A stretch of DNA of 64,000 bases from Elusimicrobiota bacterium (lineage in GTDB: Bacteria > Elusimicrobiota > Endomicrobiia > Endomicrobiales > JBDRNC01), in the NCBI GenBank assembly GCA_043811535.1, contig JBDRNC010000020.1, positions 1-64,000 on the forward strand, in the 5' to 3' direction. The notes under the pieces were generated by a model that was not told where the DNA came from, did no database searches, and saw only the letters and a list, made by a program, of their open reading frames with translations. The position numbers and the translations under genes are program-made. Below, piece by piece: positions 50,954-59,957 of the stretch. How positions within the stretch are numbered: the stretch's first letter is position 1; each line of letters starts with the position of its first letter.

Positions 50954-51670
50954 GTGAGAAGTGTCAAGGGATTGATAAGCGCCAGCGTTTTTGCGGTGAT
51001 ATTGCTATCTTTGGCCGCGCTGATATTCCTGGCGGGTTGCGCAAATATAGGTATCGCGAAACAAGAGAAAGGTATCGAAGATTCACGCGGCGTTTTAGGT
51101 TCCGCGGGAACCGCTGATTCTTTCGAGATTCCGGCGTCAACAGCTCCCGCCAGGCCGTCTTTCAAGCCGTTCTATATATATACCGACGACAGGTCAAAGG
51201 ACAATCATTTCGCGCCTTCCGGGTGGATGGGCGACACGCAGGATTTAAAGATGTCCGGTTCATATCAGGATAATCCGCATTCCGGGAAAACATGCCTTAA
51301 AATAACTTACTTGGCGAAAGGTCCCGGAAAGTGGGCCGGGATTTTCTGGCAGCAGCCCGCCAATAACTGGGGGGACAGGAAAGGCGGATATGATCTCAGG
51401 GGGGCTCAGGCTCTGACATTCTGGGCCAGGGGCGAAAAAGGCGGTGAAAAGATAACGGAAATGAAAATGGGGGGCATTACGGGGAAATATCCTGATTCGG
51501 ACACCGCCTGGATTGGCCCTTTAAAACTTACAAGAGAATGGAAGATGTATACGATATCTTTGACGGGCAAGGACCTGAGATATATTAACGGAGGGTTCTG
51601 TATTTCGGTTCTCAGGGCCGAGAATCCGCGCGGCTGCACGTTTTATATCGATGACATAAGATACGAATAA
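50954..51670 (+). CDS. Lipoprotein paralogue of the upstream CBM-like protein
   Basis: GTG start after GGGAGG; lipobox FLAGC; the same PSGWMGD/NNWG/LTFWARG motifs. Confidence 0.65.
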   Translation: MRSVKGLISASVFAVILLSLAALIFLAGCANIGIAKQEKGIEDSRGVLGSAGTADSFEIPASTAPARPSFKPFYIYTDDRSKDNHFAPSGWMGDTQDLKMSGSYQDNPHSGKTCLKITYLAKGPGKWAGIFWQQPANNWGDRKGGYDLRGAQALTFWARGEKGGEKITEMKMGGITGKYPDSDTAWIGPLKLTREWKMYTISLTGKDLRYINGGFCISVLRAENPRGCTFYIDDIRYE

Positions 51671-51702
51671 ATAGGGATCAGCGAATAGTGAATAGAAAAG
51701 AT

Positions 51703-52362
51703 ATGAAGAAAATATTGATGATTCTGCTAGTCACCAGTCACTGGTCACTAGTCACTATGTTTTGCGGATGCAGCAAGAATCCCGTTACACAGCTGATCGA
51801 ACCTGTAACGGTCAATGCTTCTCCGCAGTGGAGCGGCAACTGGACGCTTTACGACGATGAATTGAAAACTGGCGGGGATGTTATGATGATCGGATGGGGT
51901 GGCAATTTTACGGTTGATTTCAACTGCCGCGAAAATCCCTGCGAAGGCGTAAAATGCATAAAACTTGACTGGAACGGGGGCGCGGTTGAAATTTCCGGAG
52001 GAAGCACGGACCTTTACACAGGATTTTCGCTGATCGTTGCCAAAAGCTACAGCGACTATCTCTCTGCGAGCAGGGACCTGTCCCCGGGAGGCTACACGAA
52101 AGCCAGTTTTTACGCCAGGAAAGGTTTTATGTCCTCCAATGCCGTGTTGAGAATTGAGAGCCCGAACGGGAATAGCGATTCCGCAGCTCCCAACAACGTC
52201 TGGGAAGGAGCGCTTACGGAGAATTGGAAAGAATACACGCTTAACATTACGGGAAGTTTGTCGGCGGCCAGGCATTTTATGAATATCGTCTTAAAAACAA
52301 GCGACGCGAAAAAGGGAAGCGGCGCGACGGTATATATTGACAATATCAAATTGACCAAATAA
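51703..52362 (+). CDS. CBM-like lipoprotein
   Basis: Lipobox FCGC; C.EG..CIKL.W, SFYAR, WKEYTL, VYIDNIKL. Confidence 0.6.
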   Translation: MKKILMILLVTSHWSLVTMFCGCSKNPVTQLIEPVTVNASPQWSGNWTLYDDELKTGGDVMMIGWGGNFTVDFNCRENPCEGVKCIKLDWNGGAVEISGGSTDLYTGFSLIVAKSYSDYLSASRDLSPGGYTKASFYARKGFMSSNAVLRIESPNGNSDSAAPNNVWEGALTENWKEYTLNITGSLSAARHFMNIVLKTSDAKKGSGATVYIDNIKLTK

Positions 52363-52436
52363 CGACTGCTGTCCTGGATATTGATGGCAAGAACGGTTGT
52401 ACCGTGCCCGTGGGGGCGGATTAAGGACTTTAAAAT

Positions 52437-52940
52437 ATGAAAACGCTTAAGAAATTATCGGCAACAATCTTGGTTTTGGTCCTGTTGTTTCCTCGGCCGG
52501 GTTTGTGCGAAGCCGCCAAACTGGATCTAACAGCTTATACTCCGGCTAACGCCGCCGTAAGGTCCCTTGTTTTTCCCGGCTGGGGGCAGTGGTTTAACAG
52601 CCAGGATGTCAAAGCTTATATTTTGGGCGGACTCGCGCTGGCCGGGATAGCGGCCACTTATTCTCTGGATCAACGCGCGGACAGCACGTACAGTGATTAT
52701 GTTAATAGGGGTGTAAAGAACGACCCTCTCTACGATGATTACGAAGCTCAGCAGCAGCAGGCCGCGACGGCATTCTATTTCACAGCGGCAGTATGGATAT
52801 ACGGGATAGCGGATGCGTATATTACAGCCGACAGGTACAATAAGAGTCAGAGGGGATCAAAAAATATTAACGCGGAGAGCGGCATGCGATTTGCCTGTAA
52901 TTCAGGCGATATTTCCATAATATACCGGCTGCGCTATTAA
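52437..52940 (+). CDS. Membrane protein, DUF5683-like
   Basis: RSLVFPGWGQ.FN motif, hydrophobic helices, WIYGIADAY. Confidence 0.6.
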   Translation: MKTLKKLSATILVLVLLFPRPGLCEAAKLDLTAYTPANAAVRSLVFPGWGQWFNSQDVKAYILGGLALAGIAATYSLDQRADSTYSDYVNRGVKNDPLYDDYEAQQQQAATAFYFTAAVWIYGIADAYITADRYNKSQRGSKNINAESGMRFACNSGDISIIYRLRY

Positions 52941-52954
52941 CGGTGGGTTAAACA

Positions 52955-53839
52955 ATGAATAATGCTAAATTTATGTATTTTGTCTGCATCTTCATTCTTC
53001 TATCATCCTTCTTCCTGTCCTCATGCGCTCAGAAAAAAGACCGGCTTACGGTAAGCACCATGGTAATAGCGATAGATCCCGCCGCAGACCAGAATATCGC
53101 GACGGGAGGGACACTGACCCTCACTGCTGCATGCAGGAGCGCGCGGGAATCAAGCCTTGACATCCAGCCGTCGTGGACAGTTGACAGCAACCTTGGAACT
53201 TTCAGCGCGGCAAAGGGAAAGACCACTACTTTCACGGCAGGCACAACACCGGGTACCTGCGGAATTTATGCCACATACAATGATATTACTTCAAGCGTAA
53301 CGGTAACGATAGGTCCTGCGGGGGGCGGCGGGACTGCCTATACTCTGCTTGCGGATGCGGGCGCGTCCACCGAACTGAAGGATCCCGGCGCGGGAATATT
53401 CCAGTTTTTTGACGGCGGAGACGGCTCGCCCGACGCGGCCCCCTGGTTGATAGGGACTGTTACCGCTTTGCCGGGCTGCCCGGTTGACGGCACCGACTGC
53501 ACGCAAGTGACTTACACCGGCGGAGCGGCCGGACACTGGGGGGGATTCTTTTTGGAATTTAACGCGGCAAAGAGCCTTTCGGCGTATTCAAGGCTGACCT
53601 TTTATACAAAAGGAGGCGCGGGGGGCGAAACTTTCAAGATAAAGATTAAAGGCGGCGGGACCGAAACAACGGTTGCAATAACGTCTTATATAACATTGAC
53701 GACATCATGGCAGAAAGTCACAATACCATTTGCCGATTTCGGCAGTGTAGACTTCTCTTCCGTCACCAATGCCTTTGTAATGGCTTTTGAAGGCAATACA
53801 CCCGGAACAGTATATATAGATTTTATCAGATATGAGTAG
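52955..53839 (+). CDS. Lipoprotein with Ig-like and CBM11-like domains
   Basis: Lipobox LSSC; Thr/Gly-rich Ig-like N-half; LTFYTKG..GGE, WQKVTIPF.DF, VYIDFIRYE. Confidence 0.6.
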   Translation: MNNAKFMYFVCIFILLSSFFLSSCAQKKDRLTVSTMVIAIDPAADQNIATGGTLTLTAACRSARESSLDIQPSWTVDSNLGTFSAAKGKTTTFTAGTTPGTCGIYATYNDITSSVTVTIGPAGGGGTAYTLLADAGASTELKDPGAGIFQFFDGGDGSPDAAPWLIGTVTALPGCPVDGTDCTQVTYTGGAAGHWGGFFLEFNAAKSLSAYSRLTFYTKGGAGGETFKIKIKGGGTETTVAITSYITLTTSWQKVTIPFADFGSVDFSSVTNAFVMAFEGNTPGTVYIDFIRYE

Positions 53840-53943
53840 GGTGTTACTATGGAAATTCATTAAATCAAAGAGTTTGACAAGGAATACATGTTAAATAAGG
53901 TATACCGGTAACATAAAGAATAAATAATATTTATATTACTCTA

Positions 53944-53972
53944 TTGACAACGGTATAATAATAAGTTAAACT
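53944..53972 (+). promoter_or_regulatory. sigma70-type promoter upstream of the riboswitch
   Basis: TTGACA-17-TAAACT. Confidence 0.6.
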
Positions 53973-54008
53973 GTTATCGATAACATACAAATCTCACCGC
54001 AAATCAAG

Positions 54009-54098
54009 GTCCGATAGGGCAAACTCCGGGTAACCGGAGGGCGCAAAGTCAACGGCCCCGTGACAAACATTCCTTTAACGGGGGGCCGGACTGCCGAA
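54009..54098 (+). promoter_or_regulatory. c-di-GMP-I (GEMM-I) riboswitch
   Basis: AGGGCAAA-CTCCGG-GTAA-CCGGAG-GGCGCAAAG..P3..CTGCCGAA: GNRA-capped P2 and conserved junctions; G at the position equivalent to G20. Confidence 0.85.
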
Positions 54099-54247
54099 AC
54101 AAATCCAAAATCACGGTTAAAAGGTCGATTTTCGAAAGATCCTTATATTTCCAATAATATATTGGAAATATAAGGTGATGGACCGTTGCCATAGAATGCA
54201 TCAGTCAGGTGAGGAAAAACACCCGTCAAGGGAATCAGGAGGACAGG

Positions 54248-54994
54248 ATGAAGAAAGTATTGTTGTTAGTAATCGCAGTTTCACTGGCGGCCGCAATGTC
54301 ATCATTCGCCGCAAGCTCAATCAGCAGGAGCACTTTTACGGCTTCGGTTGATTTCAGCACGTTTCAGGGAGTTACATACATCAATGTAGCGCTAAAGAAC
54401 ATTTACAGCGGGGCGAACGCGTCGCAATTCTCGTTTACTCCGAGTGCCGGGGCGCTAGGCATCGGAACGACGTGGTACACGGCGAACGAATATGCCGTCA
54501 TATTCACGACATGGACCAAGGATAACGTCGGGCGCGTGCTTATTTATACGGATAATACCGCCGCAGACGCAAATCCAAAATACGCTGGCGCGGGCAATGC
54601 CGCGGGTTTGGTCTGTTCCACATCGACCGTCTCCGGAGACGATCCGATCAATCTGTGCTGGCGCGCTACCGATGTATCAACCACAACGTACAAGATCGGG
54701 TGGTATCTGCAGGGAACAGCCATGAAGCTGTACGGCCTGGGCCTTTCACAGGACTACTATTGTTTTCTTTGGATGAAGGATAAAGGATCGGATGGAAATT
54801 GGTATAATGTAGACAACGGCTACGCTTCAATAAAGTCGTTTGACAACAGCGGCTCATGGCTGCAGCATGCGGAGAGCCAGCTGGGAACAACGGCTTCGCC
54901 GGATTACTTTTATCTCGGCGCGAACCTGGAAAAAGCCAAAGCCGGCAGGACGTACAAGACTTCCACGCTCAGGTTTGACCTTGTAATGGATTAA
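54248..54994 (+). CDS. Secreted beta-rich protein, putative major fimbrial/fibre subunit
   Basis: Signal peptide MKKVLLL..SFA; homologous to the C-terminal domain of 56202-57407. Confidence 0.55.
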   Translation: MKKVLLLVIAVSLAAAMSSFAASSISRSTFTASVDFSTFQGVTYINVALKNIYSGANASQFSFTPSAGALGIGTTWYTANEYAVIFTTWTKDNVGRVLIYTDNTAADANPKYAGAGNAAGLVCSTSTVSGDDPINLCWRATDVSTTTYKIGWYLQGTAMKLYGLGLSQDYYCFLWMKDKGSDGNWYNVDNGYASIKSFDNSGSWLQHAESQLGTTASPDYFYLGANLEKAKAGRTYKTSTLRFDLVMD

Positions 54995-55019
54995 GAAAAC
55001 CCGGCGCAGAGGAAAAAGA

Positions 55020-55781
55020 ATGTTTTGCAGAAAACTGTTAATCATGTTTTTAACGGCTATTGTCCCGGTTGCTCCACTGAGGGCCATCGGCGTAGATCCT
55101 ACGCGATATATCTTTAAGGCCGAACACGGCAAAGAGTGTAACGGCAAATTCCTTGTGACGAACGACCACGACTGTGAAATGCAGGTTGATATCGAGATCA
55201 GCCGCGGCATAGAATCCGGGGAGAACAAGGATTTGCTTAAAGATACGGGATGGCTGAATATTAAGGAAAAGTCATTCGTCCTGCAGCCGAAGGAAGGCAG
55301 GACGGTCAACTTTTCCGTTAATGTCCCCGATGGAACAGCCGGGACATTTTCTGCAAAGATATCTTTCATTGACAGGTCAAACGAAGCTTTCAGTTCTTCA
55401 GTCACGATACCTGTTTACGTGGTGATAAAAGGCACGGAGAGGGTTGAGTGGGACATGGATTCGTTTGAGATAAACGAAACGCCCGCAGGTCTGTCAGGCG
55501 GGCTGAGGCTGAAAAACAAAGGCAACGTTCATTTTTATGCGAACGGCACCATAATCATATGTGACCGCGGCGGAAATGAGTGTTACCGTTCAAGTGTCGG
55601 AGGCGGGAGGGCGGTATTTCCATCGACCGTCACGTTGCTTCCTCTGGATGTGTCAAAACTCAGCCTCAAGAACGGCAGGTATGACGCGGAAATAGAGATC
55701 AAAGGCTACGGCGAACAACCCAGAAGCTTCAAATATAACCTTGAGAAAAAGGGAAGCAAATACATCATAAGGAGGCTGTAG
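55020..55781 (+). CDS. Two-Ig-domain chaperone-like protein (PapD/DUF916-like)
   Basis: GVDPTR..F.V.N, WL.I....F.L.P.E...V.F.V.VP, IPVYV, L.N.GNVH. Confidence 0.6.
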   Translation: MFCRKLLIMFLTAIVPVAPLRAIGVDPTRYIFKAEHGKECNGKFLVTNDHDCEMQVDIEISRGIESGENKDLLKDTGWLNIKEKSFVLQPKEGRTVNFSVNVPDGTAGTFSAKISFIDRSNEAFSSSVTIPVYVVIKGTERVEWDMDSFEINETPAGLSGGLRLKNKGNVHFYANGTIIICDRGGNECYRSSVGGGRAVFPSTVTLLPLDVSKLSLKNGRYDAEIEIKGYGEQPRSFKYNLEKKGSKYIIRRL

Positions 55782-55783
55782 CC

Positions 55784-56242
55784 ATGCTTAGATCTATATG
55801 CGCCGCGCTTGCGTGCCTGTTGTTTGTTCCGTCAATATTCGGATTCAATCTTGATCCTCTTTCTGCCGATTTAAAACTCAAGAAGGGCGAAAAACACGAG
55901 CTTTTGTTCAGGATAAAGAACATTTACAAGGAGCCTATCATAATCGAGGTTTCAGCGATAGATAAGGCCGCCGTACATGAAAATACCGAGGAACAGGCGC
56001 AAAAACCGATTTGGATAACCAAAATAAGACCGGAAAGACTAAGGCTGGACAAGGATAAATACACGTACCTGACCGCGATTATCATGGTACCGCAGGATTC
56101 CGGAGATTCGCTTTCGGCCGAGATCATTTTTAAGGTTTCGGGATCGAAGAAAAAATCAAAGGTTGACAAAACGGTTGCTGTGCCTGTTAGCGTAACGATA
56201 AATGCTGACAAAAAGGCCGGCAAAACAAATACTGAAAAATAG
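55784..56242 (+). CDS. Single-Ig-domain chaperone-like secreted protein
   Basis: Signal peptide; LDP...L.L..GE..F.I.N, W..I.P....L, VPV.V.I pattern like the N-domain of the upstream gene. Confidence 0.5.
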   Translation: MLRSICAALACLLFVPSIFGFNLDPLSADLKLKKGEKHELLFRIKNIYKEPIIIEVSAIDKAAVHENTEEQAQKPIWITKIRPERLRLDKDKYTYLTAIIMVPQDSGDSLSAEIIFKVSGSKKKSKVDKTVAVPVSVTINADKKAGKTNTEK

Positions 56243-57407
56243 ATATCTCACTGCAGGCGCCGCGTTGCTTCTGGTGTTTCTGCTGGTTTGCGGTGCGCGT
56301 TGCTGGGCCAGGGGCGTTTATCCGGTCTATTCCGATGCCGGAATGCCCGGCGATAATCTCTACACATGGGGTGACTGGTCCAAAGGCGCTCTGCTGGAAG
56401 AATCAACCGAATGCCCGGGAGGAAATGCGGAGGGTTTTCTCTGCATGAAGACATCCTGTCCTGCGGGAGCTAGCTATTGCGGCTACGGCATTTTCTTTAA
56501 CAGTCCCGGAATAGATTTAAGCGCGTATCTGAACGGAAGCCTGAGGTTCTGGGTATACTCGACAACAGGCGACGCCAAGATAGAGATAGAGGACTGGGAC
56601 GGGGATAATTCCGTTGTCTGGCTGCGAAGCTGCGGCTGGAACGAGATTAGCAGCAAGAATGTCTGGACACTGGTCAGCATACCTATAAGTTCGTTTACCG
56701 CCGTAAATCCTAATCTTTCCCTTTCTAAGATAAAATATCCTTTCAAATTCACGCTTGACCATCAGGGCAATTACGCATATACCGACCTGGTCAGGTGGGT
56801 TGAAAACCTTGCTACTAACACAGTTTACGCGTCCCTGCAAAAAACCGGCAGCACCTCTAATGTTTCGGTTTCGTCAATCACCTGGAATCCGGTTTATCCT
56901 TCAACATGGAATGTCGCCGATACATATATAAAGGTTGAATACGACCCGGGCACGATAAACTGGGGCATCAGAATCTACACGGATAACAAAGACGCGGGCG
57001 CGAATCCCCGCTATACGGGACCTTTGGATGACGCGTCAGGGCTTGTGTGTTCCACAGGCGCTTTCAGCGCGGATACCCCCTTAAAAATGTCGTGGGCAGT
57101 GGAAGATTCAACGCATTCCGAGGCCGAACTGGGTTTCGGGACGCCGGACGACTGGGTGGCGGGCGGTTTCGCCTATAAATGGCTTATAGATAAAAGCCTG
57201 GGGAATCTGGACGGCGACAATCTCGGGTACGCGTCTTTGTGGACGAATGAAGGCCTGCTTTACGGAACATGGGACAGCGGGACGCCGTCAACACGGGCGT
57301 GGAAAAACTCTCCGAATTACATTTACTTCGGGGCGAATTTTGAAACGGTCAGGCCGGGCAGAAGATACGGGACAAACCGGCTGATAGTTGAGCTGTATTA
57401 TGAATAA
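56202..57407 (+). CDS. Putative tip adhesin: CBM-like domain + subunit-like domain
   Basis: N-half CBM-like (DLSAY..GSLRFWV, WTLVSIPISSF, YTDLVRW); C-half shares IYTDN..ANP.Y.G..GLVCST and SP.Y.Y.GAN..GR.Y.T with 54248. Confidence 0.6.
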   Translation: MLTKRPAKQILKNRYLTAGAALLLVFLLVCGARCWARGVYPVYSDAGMPGDNLYTWGDWSKGALLEESTECPGGNAEGFLCMKTSCPAGASYCGYGIFFNSPGIDLSAYLNGSLRFWVYSTTGDAKIEIEDWDGDNSVVWLRSCGWNEISSKNVWTLVSIPISSFTAVNPNLSLSKIKYPFKFTLDHQGNYAYTDLVRWVENLATNTVYASLQKTGSTSNVSVSSITWNPVYPSTWNVADTYIKVEYDPGTINWGIRIYTDNKDAGANPRYTGPLDDASGLVCSTGAFSADTPLKMSWAVEDSTHSEAELGFGTPDDWVAGGFAYKWLIDKSLGNLDGDNLGYASLWTNEGLLYGTWDSGTPSTRAWKNSPNYIYFGANFETVRPGRRYGTNRLIVELYYE

Positions 57408-58566
57408 AATATTTAAAACGGCATTGATCCTGGTTTTCCTGGCGGCCGGTGCGGAACGTTCCTCGGCCAGCACGCCGGGCGGCGCCGTACAGAGAATCGA
57501 CGTGTTTACATTTTCCGCCGCATTGTATCTTGCGGATACACAACTGCCCCGGATAATCCACACGGGGCTCGAAAGGATATCGTCGGTTACAAAATATGCC
57601 GTAATTAAGGGGACGGCTGCGGATAATATAGGACTTAAGAGCCTGTCAATTGCTTATTATTCTTCAGGCGATACCGCGTTTTCAACCGCTACAATAGCGC
57701 TAAACGGCGAAACACAGTATTGCTTCAATCAGGCCATGACTCTGGGTTCTGCTAAGAATTCAGATTTCTTTTACAAAATAACGGCTGAGGATGTGAATAA
57801 CGGCATAACCATCTGGCCCGAATCCGGGGAATTCAATTGCGTGAAGATAACTCCTGGCAGAAGCAAGAAGTTCGACGTGAACGGAGGCAAACTCATTCTT
57901 CCGGACGGGAATCCCGACGACGGCGAGACCTCGATCGAACTGCCCGACGGGGCGCTTGACGCGCCGGCGGACATCTCTATAAGCGAGATTGATCCTGACG
58001 ACGAAAGTGTCCCGCGCGGCAATGCCCCGGCTATAAGCCACAGGCCGCTCGCAGTTTACAGATTTGAGCCATCCGGGCTTTTTTTCAAGAAAACCGTAAA
58101 AATTAATCTGCTTTTCAGGGATTTTAACAAGGACGGAGTAGTTGACGGGACTTTATACGGCGTTAACGACATGAAAATAATGTGGTGGGACGGTTTTGAA
58201 TGGCGGCTGCTGGCGTCATCGGTTGACAAAGATATGAATCTGGTCTCGTCGCGTATCAAGCACTTCAGTTATTACGCGGTATTCCCGGTGCCGGCGCTGA
58301 CAGATGATGATTACAGGCCAAAGGAAAAAATCATAACACCGGCAAGCATTGACGGGTACAATGATTACGCCACATTCGGCGCGGTAGGTCCTGATGAGAT
58401 GATAAACGTGTTTGATGTTACCGGACAGAGAATCAGGGAAATCAGAGGGGACATAACTTGGGATGGCAAAGACGACAGGAACGAACTTGTTGAAAGCGGC
58501 ATATATATATATCAGATAAAACTAAAGGACAAGATAATCAGCGGGACGATAGTTGTGGCAAAATAA
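57400..58566 (+). CDS. Secreted multi-domain protein with a T9SS-type C-terminal domain
   Basis: Signal peptide; ZU5-like segment (IELPDGAL..YRFEPSGL.F..HFSYYA); C-terminus ITP..DG.ND..VFDVTG..IR..WDGKD..VESGIYIY. Confidence 0.7.
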   Translation: MNKIFKTALILVFLAAGAERSSASTPGGAVQRIDVFTFSAALYLADTQLPRIIHTGLERISSVTKYAVIKGTAADNIGLKSLSIAYYSSGDTAFSTATIALNGETQYCFNQAMTLGSAKNSDFFYKITAEDVNNGITIWPESGEFNCVKITPGRSKKFDVNGGKLILPDGNPDDGETSIELPDGALDAPADISISEIDPDDESVPRGNAPAISHRPLAVYRFEPSGLFFKKTVKINLLFRDFNKDGVVDGTLYGVNDMKIMWWDGFEWRLLASSVDKDMNLVSSRIKHFSYYAVFPVPALTDDDYRPKEKIITPASIDGYNDYATFGAVGPDEMINVFDVTGQRIREIRGDITWDGKDDRNELVESGIYIYQIKLKDKIISGTIVVAK

Positions 58567-58610
58567 GGGCAGACAGAAGACGGAAGAATGAAGATTGAAG
58601 CGGACTACAT

Positions 58611-59582
58611 ATGAAGAATACATTATTGGGAGTTAACATTTTGAAGATAATTAGGATGATGATTGTGTTTATACTTCCATCTTCCATCTTCCTTCTTCCA
58701 TCTGTTATTGAAGGAGCATTCAAGGATTCCGGTTGGGGTGCGCGTCCTCTAGGAATGGGCGGAGCGTTTACCGCGGTGGCGGACGATTCGAATGCGCCGC
58801 TTTTTAATCCGGCGGGAATTAGCCTGGCGGGCCGGATTGAAGTGACCTTCATGTCGGCAAAACTGTTTGCGGGACTGGAAGGCGTGGAAGTAGGGCAGAA
58901 CTTTTTCAGCTGCATATATCCGCTGGGCGGAAAAAGGGGCGACATGGCGTTGAGCTGGTCATCTTTAAACTCCCCGGCTCTGTACCGCGAGGATTCGCTG
59001 GCTCTTTCGTACAGCCGTTACCTGCAAAAAGCCGATAATATCAACTTTTCGTTAGGCGCCAATTTCAAATATCTTAACCATGAATATACTCTTGACAAGA
59101 GAACGCTCAATGATCCAGTCTTCCGGAGTAAGAACGCTGCCGGAAATTTCGGGCTGGATCTAGGAGTCCTGGCCGTATGGCCGGAAAACGGGTTTTCAAT
59201 GGGCGTCATGAGTAAGAATATCAATCAGCCGGATATCGGTATAAAGACTGAGGACCTAGTTCCAAACGAAAACGCGCTGGGATTTTCTTTCTATCAGGAG
59301 AAAATGCGGAATCCGAGTCTCGAATATTTTACGTTCGCGATTGATCTGGTAAGCAGATTGAAGGATCTGGATGTTAGGGCGGGTGCCGAAAGCTGGTTCT
59401 TTAACGGAAGTTTCGCCGTTAGACTCGGTTATGCGACGCATTCCGTCACTTCGGGGCTGGGATATGAATTCAAAGCCGGCGGGAATACAAGTTTTGTTAT
59501 TGACTACGCGTTCGCTTGGCCGCTTGAAATAGAAAAGACCGTGGGCACTCACCGCATGGGGCTTACTCTCCGGTTACCGTAA
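58611..59582 (+). CDS. PorV/PorP-like outer-membrane beta-barrel protein
   Basis: AF.D.GWGARPLGMGGAFTAVADD..APLFNPAG, DYAF..P...GTHR. Confidence 0.8.
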   Translation: MKNTLLGVNILKIIRMMIVFILPSSIFLLPSVIEGAFKDSGWGARPLGMGGAFTAVADDSNAPLFNPAGISLAGRIEVTFMSAKLFAGLEGVEVGQNFFSCIYPLGGKRGDMALSWSSLNSPALYREDSLALSYSRYLQKADNINFSLGANFKYLNHEYTLDKRTLNDPVFRSKNAAGNFGLDLGVLAVWPENGFSMGVMSKNINQPDIGIKTEDLVPNENALGFSFYQEKMRNPSLEYFTFAIDLVSRLKDLDVRAGAESWFFNGSFAVRLGYATHSVTSGLGYEFKAGGNTSFVIDYAFAWPLEIEKTVGTHRMGLTLRLP

Positions 59583-59588
59583 AAAATA

Positions 59589-59617
59589 TTGACAAAAAAC
59601 CAAATATCTGGTAAAAT
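59589..59617 (+). promoter_or_regulatory. sigma70-type promoter of tRNA-Asp/suhB
   Basis: TTGACA-17-TAAAAT with TG extension. Confidence 0.7.
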
Positions 59618-59789
59618 ACCGCGACAATTGAAAGTGTAAAGACTATTGCAGTTCACTTATCAGTAAACTGTCAACCGTCAACTGTCAACTGTGAACCGTC
59701 GAAAAATCTTTGAAATTTGATAGTTGAAAGTAGACCGTCCGCCACTGAGACTTTGGCGGACTCCAGATTTTTACGCAGTAAAAATCTTT

Positions 59790-59865
59790 GGGGATGTGGT
59801 GTAGCCTGGTTTAACACGCTGCCCTGTCAAGGCAGAGACCGCGAGTTCAAATCTCGTCATCCCCG
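59790..59865 (+). tRNA. tRNA-Asp(GTC)
   Basis: Cloverleaf, anticodon arm CTGCC-CTGTCAA-GGCAG. Confidence 0.95.
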
Positions 59866-59957
59866 TTCACTTTTTGCTATGCAAAAAGTGAACGAAGTCC
59901 CGATTTATCGGGACGATCAAATTTCGGCAATATAAATACTCCTTCCGCAATATCCTC

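Noticed and set aside
59717..59935. 72-aa ORF
   Set aside because: It overlaps tRNA-Asp and palindromic repeats; not a credible CDS
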